The notes below the pieces were generated by a model. The model saw only the letters and a list, made by a program, of their open reading frames with translations, was not told the origin of the DNA and made no database searches. 64,000 bases of DNA from Luteolibacter sp. (GTDB taxonomy: Bacteria; Verrucomicrobiota; Verrucomicrobiia; Verrucomicrobiales; Akkermansiaceae): assembly GCA_044361475.1 (NCBI GenBank), contig JBIKIR010000002.1, positions 18,543 to 82,542 on the forward strand, written 5' to 3'. Made by a program: the position numbers and the translations under genes. Positions 38,062-47,343 of the stretch are shown here, in pieces (positions within the stretch are counted from its first letter, which is position 1; the number at the start of each line of letters is the position of its first letter).

Positions 38062-38868
38062 TCAAACCTGCGGCATCGTCCTTTCCTCCACCAGATTTCC
38101 AATCTCTCCCGATTGCACCGCATCGATGATTTCGCGATCACCTTCCAGCAATCGCAAGGCCACCCAACGCGGCTGCGCCAAACGCGGAAACACCTCAAGC
38201 AGGTCAGCCTCGACCTTGTCCAAGGCCTGCGAGAGCCCACGCACATCGAGCGGCAACTTGCGCGGCGACGGATCATCCACGCGCGCCGCCATCAACGAAA
38301 TCTCCTTGAGCAAATCCGCAATCCCCTCGCCCGACCGCGCCGCACACGGCACCACCGGCACACCAAGATCGCGCGCCAAATTGCGCGTGTCGACCTCCAA
38401 CCCATGCGCCCGCGCTTCGTCCATGAGGTTCAAGCAAAGCACCGCACGCCGCGTGATCTGCAAGACCTGCAACACGAGGTTGAGGTTGCGCTCCATGCAT
38501 GAGGCATCGACGACCATCACCGTCACATCCGGCCTGCCAAACAACAAAAACGATCTCGCGACCTCCTCATCCGGTGAAGCCGACAACAACGAATAGGTCC
38601 CCGGCAGATCGATCATCCGGTATTTTTTCCCCTCGTAGGAGAATCCGCCTTCCGCCCGACCCACGGTCTTGCCCGGCCAATTTCCCGTGTGCATCCGCAA
38701 GCCGGTAAGCGCATTGAAAACCGTGGTCTTGCCAGTGTTGGGATTGCCGGCCAACGCGATGACAAAATCGCTATCATCAACACGCAGGCCAAGCTTCTGC
38801 AAGCGACCCTGACGCGATGGACAGGTCACGCATGCTTCGCTGGCTTGATGTTCGGAAATTGGCTTCAT
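38062..38868 (-). CDS. feoB: Ferrous iron transporter FeoB, N-terminal G-domain plus helical domain
   Basis: 268 aa. G1 GNPNTGKTT, G3 DLPG, and ..PRWVALRLLEGD.. from the helical S-domain. It ends at a TGA 19 nt before the membrane ORF, which is in a different frame. Confidence 0.85.
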   Translation of the reverse strand: MKPISEHQASEACVTCPSRQGRLQKLGLRVDDSDFVIALAGNPNTGKTTVFNALTGLRMHTGNWPGKTVGRAEGGFSYEGKKYRMIDLPGTYSLLSASPDEEVARSFLLFGRPDVTVMVVDASCMERNLNLVLQVLQITRRAVLCLNLMDEARAHGLEVDTRNLARDLGVPVVPCAARSGEGIADLLKEISLMAARVDDPSPRKLPLDVRGLSQALDKVEADLLEVFPRLAQPRWVALRLLEGDREIIDAVQSGEIGNLVEERTMPQV

Positions 38869-39830
38869 GCTTGCTCGGATTTAAAAACTGCGGCCGGCCT
38901 GTGAATCAAGATTCCCTTCGCCTGCGACTCCCTGAGACCGATCATCGCACCGCGAATCATATAACTTTTCGGGCTGCCAAACGGACTCGCAAACTCGCAG
39001 CGGATCTTGGTTCCAGGCACCACGCCGAGATCCAACAAACGCGTCCGCTCGGGCCCGACACAGCTTGGCGCCAACCCATGCACGATCGCGGTCTCGCCGA
39101 CACGAAGATCCGACAAACGCCCCAAACCCTCGGGCAAATCATCCCCCGCATCGATGCCGATCAAGTGAATCAATCCCGCAACAACCGCCGGAATCACAAG
39201 CTCACGACCCTCAACTTTTGCGGCTACCGATCCATCGGCCAAATGCGCGATCGCATCCATCCGCGTCCCCGGCGCCAAACCCAAAGCACCTGCCAAGCGA
39301 AACAATGCCTCGGGCTCATCCTCAATGTGACCAATGCGCGCCGGCACGCCATCCGCCCACGCGGCAAGCGATGGCAGCGGCCGTTTCGGCATCAGCCCCT
39401 CGCGCGTCGGGATCGGATCGCCGTGCGGATCATAGCGCGGGTTGTTCATGCGGTCGGCCATGGCATTGACCTCATCCGCTTCAAGCCGGTGCTCCTCGCG
39501 ATGCGCTTCACGATGCCAATCGACCGCCGGAGTGCTGGTTTGCCGCATCAACCAAGTTTCAAAAATCCGGTGATTCCGCACGACCTGCAGCGCGTATTTT
39601 CTACCCGCGTCAGAAAGTTGATGCGCATCGCCCGCCGCCACCAACAAGCCGCGCGCCCGCAATTCACCCAAGGCCGTCGCCGCTTCCTCGCGCGATTTTC
39701 CCGTCGCGCCAGCCAAGCTCTCAAGCGTCGCACCTCTGCCGGCCTCATCGCAATCGAAGGCATGCTTGAGGGCGTCCTCCAACAAAACCCTCAAGGCGCC
39801 GGGCGCTTCTCTGGTGAATCCATCCATCAC
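38865..39830 (-). CDS. DtxR/MntR-family metal-dependent regulator fused to two FeoA (SH3-like) domains
   Basis: 321 aa. DtxR core ..VVRNHRIFETWL..HREAHREEHRL..DPHGDPIP. Two FeoA-like segments (..IGHIEDE... and LSDLRVGETAIVHGL..LLDLGVVPGTKIRCE..). ATGA overlap with feoB-N. Confidence 0.8.
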   Translation of the reverse strand: MMDGFTREAPGALRVLLEDALKHAFDCDEAGRGATLESLAGATGKSREEAATALGELRARGLLVAAGDAHQLSDAGRKYALQVVRNHRIFETWLMRQTSTPAVDWHREAHREEHRLEADEVNAMADRMNNPRYDPHGDPIPTREGLMPKRPLPSLAAWADGVPARIGHIEDEPEALFRLAGALGLAPGTRMDAIAHLADGSVAAKVEGRELVIPAVVAGLIHLIGIDAGDDLPEGLGRLSDLRVGETAIVHGLAPSCVGPERTRLLDLGVVPGTKIRCEFASPFGSPKSYMIRGAMIGLRESQAKGILIHRPAAVFKSEQA

Positions 39831-39888
39831 TTATCGTCAGATCATTGGACCACCTCCAAGAACTTCGCAAGTGGAAACAAAAATTGCG

Positions 39889-40281
39889 TCATTCAGCCGA
39901 TCCATCCGGCACAGGAATCGCCTCGCAAACCTCGCGCCAACCGGGGAAATTCCAATAATTCGGAAACCCACGGCACTGGATCGGCTTCACGGCCTGAATC
40001 GTACAACTATTGCCGTCGAGCATCACGCACTCGTGATTTTCCTTTTCGATCAGCGAAAGCCCCATGCGGTCGCTGCGCAAGCGGGTGAAACGCGCAATGA
40101 ATTCCTCTTCGCCGAGCTTGAGAAACCTGGCGATCGCCGCGACCTCGTCTTCTTCGAGCCGCACATCACCCGGCCACTTGCAGCAAGCCGCGCAACGCTG
40201 GCACACATATCGCACGCCCTTTTCCAGCGACGCGACACGATTGGCCACGCTGCCGTGCGATGACAAGTCATGCTCACTCAT
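39889..40281 (-). CDS. YkgJ-family cysteine-cluster protein (UPF0153)
   Basis: 130 aa. CQRCAACCK (CxxCxxCC) plus downstream Cys residues ..HECVML..NSCTI..PIQCRGFP. Confidence 0.75.
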   Translation of the reverse strand: MSEHDLSSHGSVANRVASLEKGVRYVCQRCAACCKWPGDVRLEEDEVAAIARFLKLGEEEFIARFTRLRSDRMGLSLIEKENHECVMLDGNSCTIQAVKPIQCRGFPNYWNFPGWREVCEAIPVPDGSAE

Positions 40282-40290
40282 GGTCCGATC

Positions 40291-40998
40291 TCAAAGTCGC
40301 TGATAATGATAATTCACCCGCCCAAGGAACCAGCGCCACTTCTTGCCGGGCTTGCCATTATCGAGCAAAAAGTGCGGGCAATTCTTGTTGGCCGGATTCC
40401 TGCCCTTCCTTGGCCAATGATAATGCGGCACGACATGACGCAATGAAATCCCCTGCTTCTTCATCAGGATCGCCGTGAGTTTTGCGGTCCGCTCGATCGT
40501 CGCCCTTCGGCTGCTGCCGCGATGCTCGCACATTTCGATGCCGATCGAGAGACGGTTTCCCGGGCCATGGAAATCCGCATGCTCGCCCTGCTCGCTGATC
40601 GGCATGTGCTGGATCGCCTCGCGGTCATCGACGGTGAAATGCCAAATGAGATAACCAATGCGGTTTCCAGTTTTGGTCTTCGGCGATCGCAGCGCGCCAC
40701 GCTTGAGCGCGATCGAATGCTGATTGGCATCCGCGCGGTAATTTTGCGTGCTGTGAATCGTAATGTACCGCGGCCGCATTGGCCTCACGACTTTGCGGCC
40801 ATGGCGGCCACGCGGGACCATGTCGGCGCGAAGATTCACCTCGCGATACATCCGCGAAACCGAGCTCTTGCCGCCCGATGATGACACCAACCTTCCTTCG
40901 CGACCACCACCCGGCGGCCCGACGCGATGACACTGCAGGCTCATCGCCACTGGCAGCATGACCGCCATGATGCAGAGAAAGCGTTTCACGCAAAACAT
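40291..40998 (-). CDS. N-acetylmuramoyl-L-alanine amidase (amidase_2/PGRP fold), secreted
   Basis: 235 aa with a signal peptide. YITIHST.., WHFTVDD.., GIEMCEH.., VVPHYHW..KNCP are Zn-amidase motifs. Confidence 0.8.
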   Translation of the reverse strand: MFCVKRFLCIMAVMLPVAMSLQCHRVGPPGGGREGRLVSSSGGKSSVSRMYREVNLRADMVPRGRHGRKVVRPMRPRYITIHSTQNYRADANQHSIALKRGALRSPKTKTGNRIGYLIWHFTVDDREAIQHMPISEQGEHADFHGPGNRLSIGIEMCEHRGSSRRATIERTAKLTAILMKKQGISLRHVVPHYHWPRKGRNPANKNCPHFLLDNGKPGKKWRWFLGRVNYHYQRL

Positions 40999-41107
40999 CT
41001 AGCATAAGCACCGATCTCAGAGGAAACGGAAATTTCCTCCATAGTGGCCGACCCGCTCCAGCCATTTGCTCTTGGCTCAGGCCCGCCAATCGCCAAACTC
41101 GCCGCGC

Positions 41108-42502
41108 ATGAGGCTCTTCGACACGCTCACCCGCACCGAACGCGAACTCCGGCCGATCGACGGCTCGACCTTCCGCTTCTACTGCTGCGGACCCACGGTT
41201 TACGGACCCGCCCACATCGGCAACTTCCGCACCTTCGTGCTTCAGGATGTCCTGCGCCGCACGCTCGAGACCGGCGGCACCCGCACGATGCATGTCCGCA
41301 ACATCACCGATGTCGACGACAAGACGATCCGCGATTCGCAGAAAGCCGGACAATCCCTCACCGACTTCACCCGCGGATGGACGGAAAAATTCCACACCGA
41401 TTGCAAGAAGCTCGGACTCCTAGCACCGCATGTCGAGCCGGGCGCCGTCGATCACATCCCGCAGCAAATCGCGATGATCGATGAGCTGATGAAAAAAGGT
41501 CACGCCTATCTCTCCGACGACGGCTCGGTCTATTTCAACATCGCATCCTTCCCCGGCTATGGCGCGCTCTCACACCTCGAACACCGCGAACTCGAACTTG
41601 GAAAAACCCAAAACACCCGCGCCAGCTCGGATGAGTACGACAAGGAAAACCTCTCGGACTTTGTGCTCTGGAAAGCACGCCGACCCGAGGACGGTGTCAA
41701 TTTCTGGCCATCACCCTGGGGCGAGGGCCGACCCGGCTGGCACCTCGAGTGCTCGGCAATGATCAAGGAATACCTCGGCGATTCGTTCGACCTCCACTCG
41801 GGCGGTGTCGACCTGGTTTTCCCGCATCACGAAAACGAAATCGCCCAAAGCACCTGCTCCTGCGGCGGCAAGTTCGCGGTGCATTGGTTTCACATCACCC
41901 ACCTGCTCGTCGATGGCGGCAAGATGTCGAAATCGCTCGGCAACCTCTACACCATCGACGATCTCGAAAAACGCGGCTTCACCGCGATGGAGGTGCGCTA
42001 TGTCCTCATCGGCGGACACTACCGCAAGCAACTCAACTTCACCCTCGACTCACTAAGCGCCGCACACGAAGCACTCGCAAAAATCGCCAAAGGCACCCGC
42101 TCGCTCGCAACAAGAGCCGGCGCCGAAGTGACGCTGAGCTCGGTCGACTTCGGACCCTTCCAGAGCGCATGGGATTCGCTCAACGACGACCTCAACACGC
42201 CCGCCGCCCTCGGTGGAATTTTCACCGGACTCAAAGCCTCCACCGACCTCCAAGGCAAGGACGCCGCCGCCGCGCTCGCCGCGCTCAACCGTATCCTCCG
42301 CGCCCTCGGCATCACCCTTCCCGAAGCGAACGAAAAGGAATCCGCCGATGTCCCTGATGATATCCGCGCGCTCGCCGAAACCCGCTGGCAAGCACGCAGC
42401 ACCAAAAACTGGGCCGAGTCCGACCGCCTCCGCGACGAACTCGCCAAGCTCGGCTGGCAAGTCAAAGACGGCAAAGAAGGGTACACGCTGGAGAAGTCGT
42501 GA
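41108..42502 (+). CDS. cysS: Cysteine--tRNA ligase
   Basis: ORF 41066..42502, start at MRLFDTLTRTEREL (ATG 41108). HIGN motif (PAHIGNFRT) and KMSKS. Confidence 0.95.
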   Translation: MRLFDTLTRTERELRPIDGSTFRFYCCGPTVYGPAHIGNFRTFVLQDVLRRTLETGGTRTMHVRNITDVDDKTIRDSQKAGQSLTDFTRGWTEKFHTDCKKLGLLAPHVEPGAVDHIPQQIAMIDELMKKGHAYLSDDGSVYFNIASFPGYGALSHLEHRELELGKTQNTRASSDEYDKENLSDFVLWKARRPEDGVNFWPSPWGEGRPGWHLECSAMIKEYLGDSFDLHSGGVDLVFPHHENEIAQSTCSCGGKFAVHWFHITHLLVDGGKMSKSLGNLYTIDDLEKRGFTAMEVRYVLIGGHYRKQLNFTLDSLSAAHEALAKIAKGTRSLATRAGAEVTLSSVDFGPFQSAWDSLNDDLNTPAALGGIFTGLKASTDLQGKDAAAALAALNRILRALGITLPEANEKESADVPDDIRALAETRWQARSTKNWAESDRLRDELAKLGWQVKDGKEGYTLEKS

Positions 42503-42801
42503 GGTTATTGGGTGAGAGGGGGCGAACATCGAACACTGAACATCCAACATCGAACATCGAAATAGAAGAGATCGAAAAAGCGACTTCTTCAAAAGGGGGG
42601 CACGGGCGGCCCGCCTGTGTTTTCAAAAGGACCGCGGGCATCCTGCCCGCCTAAACGCCTGCGGCGATAATTCGGCGCCGCGGGCCGCGTCGCCCTACCG
42701 ATTGAAGGCGCCTGTTCATCCTCATCACTTAAAACTGAATACTTGAAACTTGAAACCTCTCTCTCCTTGACATCATCGCACCAGTGCACCATGGTGCAGA
42801 T
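42503..42801. repeat. Mosaic repeat island upstream of vapBC-2 (REP-like unit inverted at about 42610-42700)
   Basis: Contains GGTTATTGGG, a low-complexity block (AACATCGAACA-type words), the AAGCGACTTCTTC module, the inverted REP-like unit with its tail hairpins, and CTTAAAACTGAATACTTGAAACTTGAAAC. Confidence 0.8.
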
Positions 42802-43104
42802 ATGCGCCTCACCATCAACCTCGACGACGAACTATACGCCATGGCGCGGGCTCATGCGGTCCGCGAGCGGATTTCGCTCAGCAAAGCGATTTCGAGCCTG
42901 TTGCGAAGACAGGATTCCGAAAGCATCCCAGCCAAGGGGCGCAAAAAACCCGGCTTGCATCCACGCTCGGGCTTTCCCGTCGCCGCGGCAGGCGGACGCA
43001 AACTCGAGCCAGAGAAAATTCGCCAAGCCCTCGATGACGAAGATGTCGGATCCCTGCAGGCCCTTGGTCTGAAGCCGGCGGAAATCAAGCAACGCATCAA
43101 ATGA
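42802..43104 (+). CDS. vapB: VapB-type antitoxin (RHH-like N-terminus)
   Basis: ORF 42784..43104, start at MRLTINLDDELYAMARAHAVRERISLSKAISSLLRR. 4-nt overlap with the PIN gene. Confidence 0.7.
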   Translation: MRLTINLDDELYAMARAHAVRERISLSKAISSLLRRQDSESIPAKGRKKPGLHPRSGFPVAAAGGRKLEPEKIRQALDDEDVGSLQALGLKPAEIKQRIK

Positions 43105-43505
43105 CCTGGCTACTCGATGGCAATGTGTTGATCGCGATGCTTCTGCCGGATCATCCGCATCACGAGCGCGTGCACCGCTGGCTGGCTGTTATCGGCAAAG
43201 ATCGCATCGCCACCTGTCCGGTCACTGAAGGCACCCTGTTGCGCGTATTCATGATGCTCGCCAGCGACCCATCGCCACGGGCTGCGTGGGAGGCACTGGA
43301 ATCAGTGCGCGCCCATCCGCGGCACGAATTTTGGACTGAAAATTTTTCTTACTCTGAAATCATACCCACACGAATCACCGGGCACCGACAGATCACGGAT
43401 TCATGGTTGGCCGAACTTGCGCGCCGCAAAAAAGCCAAACTCGCCACCCTCGACGAAGCACTCTTCGCACTCTGGCCAAAATCCGCATTTCTGATTCCGG
43501 TGTGA
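43101..43505 (+). CDS. vapC: PIN-domain toxin (VapC family)
   Basis: 134 aa. PIN acidic residues in WLLDGNV, PVTEGT, QITDSW and ATLDEA. Confidence 0.8.
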   Translation: MTWLLDGNVLIAMLLPDHPHHERVHRWLAVIGKDRIATCPVTEGTLLRVFMMLASDPSPRAAWEALESVRAHPRHEFWTENFSYSEIIPTRITGHRQITDSWLAELARRKKAKLATLDEALFALWPKSAFLIPV

Positions 43506-43928
43506 GGGGCGAGAGAGCATCGAAGTGGAAGAGATTGAGGAAGCCGCTTCTTCATAGGGGAGCGCCGGCGTCTCGCTGGCCGTGTCCTGCATCCTGCAGG
43601 ACACCTCACCCGGTAGGGCGATGCGGCCCCGCAGCGCCGACTCACCGCCGCAGGCGCTCAAGCAGGCAAGATGCCCGCGCTCCCTTGAAGAAAATGCTTT
43701 TTCATGGACCTCAGCTCACCAACGGACCTTTCGGAGTAAGGTCCCTGCCTGAAGAAGAGGCTTCTTTATCTTCCCCAATACCCCTTAACAAATAACCTCT
43801 AACTCTCTTCCCCTCTGCGTCCCTTGGCGACCTTTGCGGCTTGCGGTAAATCTTCTGTATGTATCGGCGCCGCGGGCCGCGTCGCCCTACCGGGATAAAG
43901 AAGCTGCTTCTTTTTCAGCTTTTACTCC
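43506..43928. repeat. Mosaic repeat island downstream of vapBC-2 (REP-like cores at 43612+ and 43864-)
   Basis: Contains the palindrome GTGTCCTGCATCCTGCAGGACAC, a full REP-like unit with tail hairpins, GGACCTTTCGGAGTAAGGTCC, CCCAATACCCCTTAACAAATAACCTCTAAC, and about 80 nt (43815-43895) nearly identical to 36535-36615. Confidence 0.85.
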
Positions 43929-45695
43929 TCAAACCAGCTGCGTCTCCACCAGCAATCGATACATCCCAGGCTGCGCCACCATCTCATCATGCGTGCCGCT
44001 TTCGACGATGCGGCCTTGATTGAACACCAGGATCCTGTCCGCGTCTCTCACGGTGGAAAGACGATGCGCGATGACGATGCTGGTGCGTCCTTGCATCAAT
44101 CGTTCGAGCGCTTCGTTCACCAATCGTTCGCTTTCGCTGTCGAGTGCGGAGGTGGCTTCGTCCAAAAGCAGAATACGCGGGTTGGCCAAAATTGCACGCG
44201 CGATGGCGATGCGCTGACGCTGCCCGCCCGAGAGTTTCACGCCACGCGGACCCACCATGGTGTCCATGCCTTCGGGCAAGCGGTCGATGAACTCGGTCGC
44301 GTTCGCCAAGCGGCAGGCCTCGCGAATTTCATCCTCAGTGGCACCGCTTTTTCCGTAACCGACATTTTCGTGGATCGTCCCGCCAAACAACAAAACCTCC
44401 TGCGGCACGATCGCCATCTGCGAGCGGATCGCACGCAGCGAAATTTCCTTCGCCTCACAGCCGTCGAAAAGAATTCGGCCCGCGTCAGGGTCACCAAAAC
44501 CAAGGATCAGCGAAAGCACGGTCGATTTCCCCGCGCCAGATGGCCCGACCAAGGCGACTCGCTGACCCGGCTGCACGGCAAACGAAAGGTCATCGAGCAC
44601 GCATGCCTCGGGCCTCGACGGATAGCGGAACGAAACCCGCTCGAACTCCACCGCGCCGCCAAGCAACGCGCGATCATCGCCATCCGCGCGCTCGGGCTTG
44701 GCATCGAGTAATTCCCGCAAGCGCTCGGTCGCGCCCGATGTCTGCTGGAGCTGCGAAACAATTTCCGGAAACGATCCGAGTGAGGCGCCGACAAAAATCG
44801 AAAACAAAATGAACGAGGCAAAATTCGTCCAGGTGATTTGCTCGGTCGCGAGCATCCGCGCACCTTGCCAGATCACCATCGAGATCGTGCCAAACAGTGC
44901 AAAGATGATGAATGCCAAAAACGCCGCCCGCGAACGCGCTCCGCGCGAGGCGACATGGAAAAACCTTTCGAGCGCCGAGCCGTAGCGCCGCGATTCGAAG
45001 TCTTCATTCGCGAAAGCCTTCACATCGGCCATGCCTTGCACGGTTTCCTCAATCACGGTTCCCGCCTCGGCCAACGAATCTTGCGCAGACTTGGAATAAC
45101 CCCGCACTTTCCTGCCAAAAAACGCCACCGCCAACACCACCACCGGCACGCTCGATAGCATGATCAATGAAAGTTTCCACGATGAGATGAAAATGAAGGT
45201 CAAGCCGCCGACAAGAATCACGCTCTGCCTCACCGCCTGCGGCACGGTGTTGAGCAGAGTGTCGCGCACCACCCCGAGGTCGGAAGAAATACGATTGCTC
45301 AAGGCACCCGCGCGCTGCTCGTGAAAGTACGACATCGGCAAGCGCAGCAGATGCCGGTAAAGATCCGATCGCAGGTTGTTCAGCGCCGATTCGCCCGAGC
45401 GGATGAATCCCTGCACGCGAAAAAATGCCACCACCGCCTGCAAACCCAGCACCGCCAACAATTCAAGCACGATGCGGTTCGAACGCTCAAGGATCAGCGC
45501 CGGATCGACCGAACGCCTTAAGGCGTCCGAGGGATTTCCCACCAGTTCCTTGAGAAAATACGGAAACGCCAGCGACAGCATCGCCGTGAGAAACAAGGCT
45601 AGGAGCGATGGCAAAAACACCGCCTTTTCCCGCATCAGGTAGCCAAGGATCCATCGATTCGACGAGATGGATGGCTTGCGGGGGGAATCGGACAT
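43929..45695 (-). CDS. ABC exporter, fused permease/ATPase (MsbA/MdlB-like)
   Basis: 588 aa. TM domain, then Walker A GPSGAGKST, LSGGQRQR and LLLDEATS. Confidence 0.9.
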   Translation of the reverse strand: MSDSPRKPSISSNRWILGYLMREKAVFLPSLLALFLTAMLSLAFPYFLKELVGNPSDALRRSVDPALILERSNRIVLELLAVLGLQAVVAFFRVQGFIRSGESALNNLRSDLYRHLLRLPMSYFHEQRAGALSNRISSDLGVVRDTLLNTVPQAVRQSVILVGGLTFIFISSWKLSLIMLSSVPVVVLAVAFFGRKVRGYSKSAQDSLAEAGTVIEETVQGMADVKAFANEDFESRRYGSALERFFHVASRGARSRAAFLAFIIFALFGTISMVIWQGARMLATEQITWTNFASFILFSIFVGASLGSFPEIVSQLQQTSGATERLRELLDAKPERADGDDRALLGGAVEFERVSFRYPSRPEACVLDDLSFAVQPGQRVALVGPSGAGKSTVLSLILGFGDPDAGRILFDGCEAKEISLRAIRSQMAIVPQEVLLFGGTIHENVGYGKSGATEDEIREACRLANATEFIDRLPEGMDTMVGPRGVKLSGGQRQRIAIARAILANPRILLLDEATSALDSESERLVNEALERLMQGRTSIVIAHRLSTVRDADRILVFNQGRIVESGTHDEMVAQPGMYRLLVETQLV

Positions 45696-45758
45696 GGCCG
45701 AATGTGAAACGATCGACGCACTCGCGTCAATGACTCAACACCCGCCACCGCGCGGCAC

Positions 45759-46724
45759 TCAACGCTTGCGACGCAGCGCCAACGCAATCACGCCAAAGCC
45801 ACCTAACATCATCGACGACGGCTCAGGCACCAGCGTGCCGGTCAGCGCGGTGATTTCCGACCGATAGGCATACACATCAGTGTACAGCGTGTAGTCACCA
45901 AAGCCGGCAGGATTCGATACCGAGTCAGCATCCGGACCATCCGCAGTCGCATAGGCGACACCACCCAATCGCCATTCACCATTGCGTAAAATGAACGCTC
46001 CCCCACCGGAATCTCCGAGCGCGGCCTGACCATCGATGCCCGAGCCAAACCCAGGCGCATCAAAATCCGTGATGAGATATTTCGCGCCTGCCGCATCGAT
46101 GTGGTTAAATTCCATGTGATTGAAGCCCCAGCGCATCGGCACATCATCGCTAGTACCCGGAGTGCCCCATGAGTAGGGCGCAGTCAAATCCTCAGAACCG
46201 GTCCCAGCCCCCAAACGCATGCCCCTGCCCGCCATGATCATCAGCGAGCCCACGCTCGGAGCGGAATCGGAAATCTTCACCGTTGGCAGCGAAGGAGTGG
46301 GATTTGCTCCCGCGACTGAAAATTTGTACAAAATTAGATCGGTATTCACACCCGATGAAACAATACGCGTGCCGTTCAGATTCGAATTCGTCGGCTGCGG
46401 GTCGATGAAGGAATAAGAATGCCCGCCGATTGTGATGCTAGCAGTCTCAGTGATGTGTTCGGCACTCAGCACCCAGCCTTCCATCGTCGTCGCATTGTAG
46501 CCGAGGTAGATGCCGCTGGCATCGGAATATCGCAGCATATTTCCGAAGTAGGGAAATGCCGGCAGCGCGGAACTCGACAACACAACCTGCAAGCCAGCCT
46601 CACCGGCGTTGTTGGTACCATTGCCATTAGTGCCTCCGACAATGATCGCCGAGGCCGATCCGGCCATGGCCAACGAGGAAATCAAGAGCGCCCTCAACGC
46701 AACTTGGCTATCGGAGAAAATCAT
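45759..46724 (-). CDS. Secreted trypsin-like serine protease with PEP-CTERM sorting signal
   Basis: 321 aa. Signal peptide. Triad contexts VLSAEHI, NTDLILY and GDSGGGAF. The C-terminus VPEPSSMMLGGFGVIALALRRKR is PEP-CTERM plus a TM segment and a basic tail. Confidence 0.8.
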   Translation of the reverse strand: MIFSDSQVALRALLISSLAMAGSASAIIVGGTNGNGTNNAGEAGLQVVLSSSALPAFPYFGNMLRYSDASGIYLGYNATTMEGWVLSAEHITETASITIGGHSYSFIDPQPTNSNLNGTRIVSSGVNTDLILYKFSVAGANPTPSLPTVKISDSAPSVGSLMIMAGRGMRLGAGTGSEDLTAPYSWGTPGTSDDVPMRWGFNHMEFNHIDAAGAKYLITDFDAPGFGSGIDGQAALGDSGGGAFILRNGEWRLGGVAYATADGPDADSVSNPAGFGDYTLYTDVYAYRSEITALTGTLVPEPSSMMLGGFGVIALALRRKR

Positions 46725-46868
46725 GCCACTATGAAACCATGATACCGGGGCATGTCAAGAAAGGGACCAGGCCCGAAACTTTAGCCCCGCGCTGAAACAA
46801 GGCCTTGCCTTGAGATTCCCGAAATGCCTTGACCCACGAGTTCTGTCACCGATCTTTGGCAAGTCGAT

Positions 46869-47216
46869 ATGGGACTCTTTCTCAAGGCTATCGTGGTTCT
46901 CAGCATGCTCATCGGCATGCACAGCCGCTCCTTTGCGGCCGATCCCTGCGATGTCATGGCCGCCGTCCACGAGCACGGTCACGATCATCACCACGACCAC
47001 CCGGGCCCATGCGATTCACATGAGGACAAATGCCCGCCCGATCATCACCACCATCACGGTGCCGGATGCTTTTGCAGTGGCATGCCGATGATTGATCAAA
47101 AGGACCATTCTCTTCGACTTTTCGCGCCATGCTTCAGCCTGTCGCGCATGCAATACGAACGGGAAAGCATTCCCGACGGTCCTTTTTTGAGTGAGGACAA
47201 ACCGCCATTGATCTGA
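46869..47216 (+). CDS. Small secreted His/Cys-rich protein (CzcI-like position upstream of RND operon)
   Basis: 115 aa. Signal peptide MGLFLKAIVVLSMLIGMHSRSFA, then HEHGHDHHHDHPGPCDSHEDKCPPDHHHHHGAGCFC. Function inferred only from composition and context. Confidence 0.55.
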   Translation: MGLFLKAIVVLSMLIGMHSRSFAADPCDVMAAVHEHGHDHHHDHPGPCDSHEDKCPPDHHHHHGAGCFCSGMPMIDQKDHSLRLFAPCFSLSRMQYERESIPDGPFLSEDKPPLI

Positions 47217-47245
47217 GCGGCCACTCGCGCCCCATCGTGCCCGCA

Positions 47246-47261
47246 TGGCACGGTATTTTCC
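47246..47261 (+). promoter_or_regulatory. Candidate sigma-54 (-24/-12) promoter upstream of the outer-membrane factor gene
   Basis: TGGCACGGTATTTTCC versus consensus TGGCACG-N4-TTGCW. The -24 element is perfect and the spacing is right, but the -12 element reads TTTC (G to T at the critical GC). About 85 nt upstream of ATG 47344. Confidence 0.25.
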
Positions 47262-47343
47262 ACGCGCCCGCGTTTCGGGCCGTATCGTTTGTCCCATTTT
47301 TTCATCCGGTACTTTGCCCGGATCCACCTCACTCAACAAATCC

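Noticed and set aside
38043-38276. Upstream extension of the FeoB membrane ORF that overlaps the G-domain ORF
   Set aside because: The translation (MIRRRASCRSMCVGSRRPW...) has no FeoB similarity. The overlap is an open-frame artefact, and Met 38042 is the credible start.
38817-40088. 423-aa + strand ORF
   Set aside because: Antisense to the DtxR-FeoA and YkgJ genes. Arg-rich shadow ORF.
46745-46868. Sigma-54 promoter upstream of the first His-rich ORF (TTGGCAAGTCGATATG)
   Set aside because: The -12 element is absent and the motif abuts the start codon, leaving no room for a 5' UTR.
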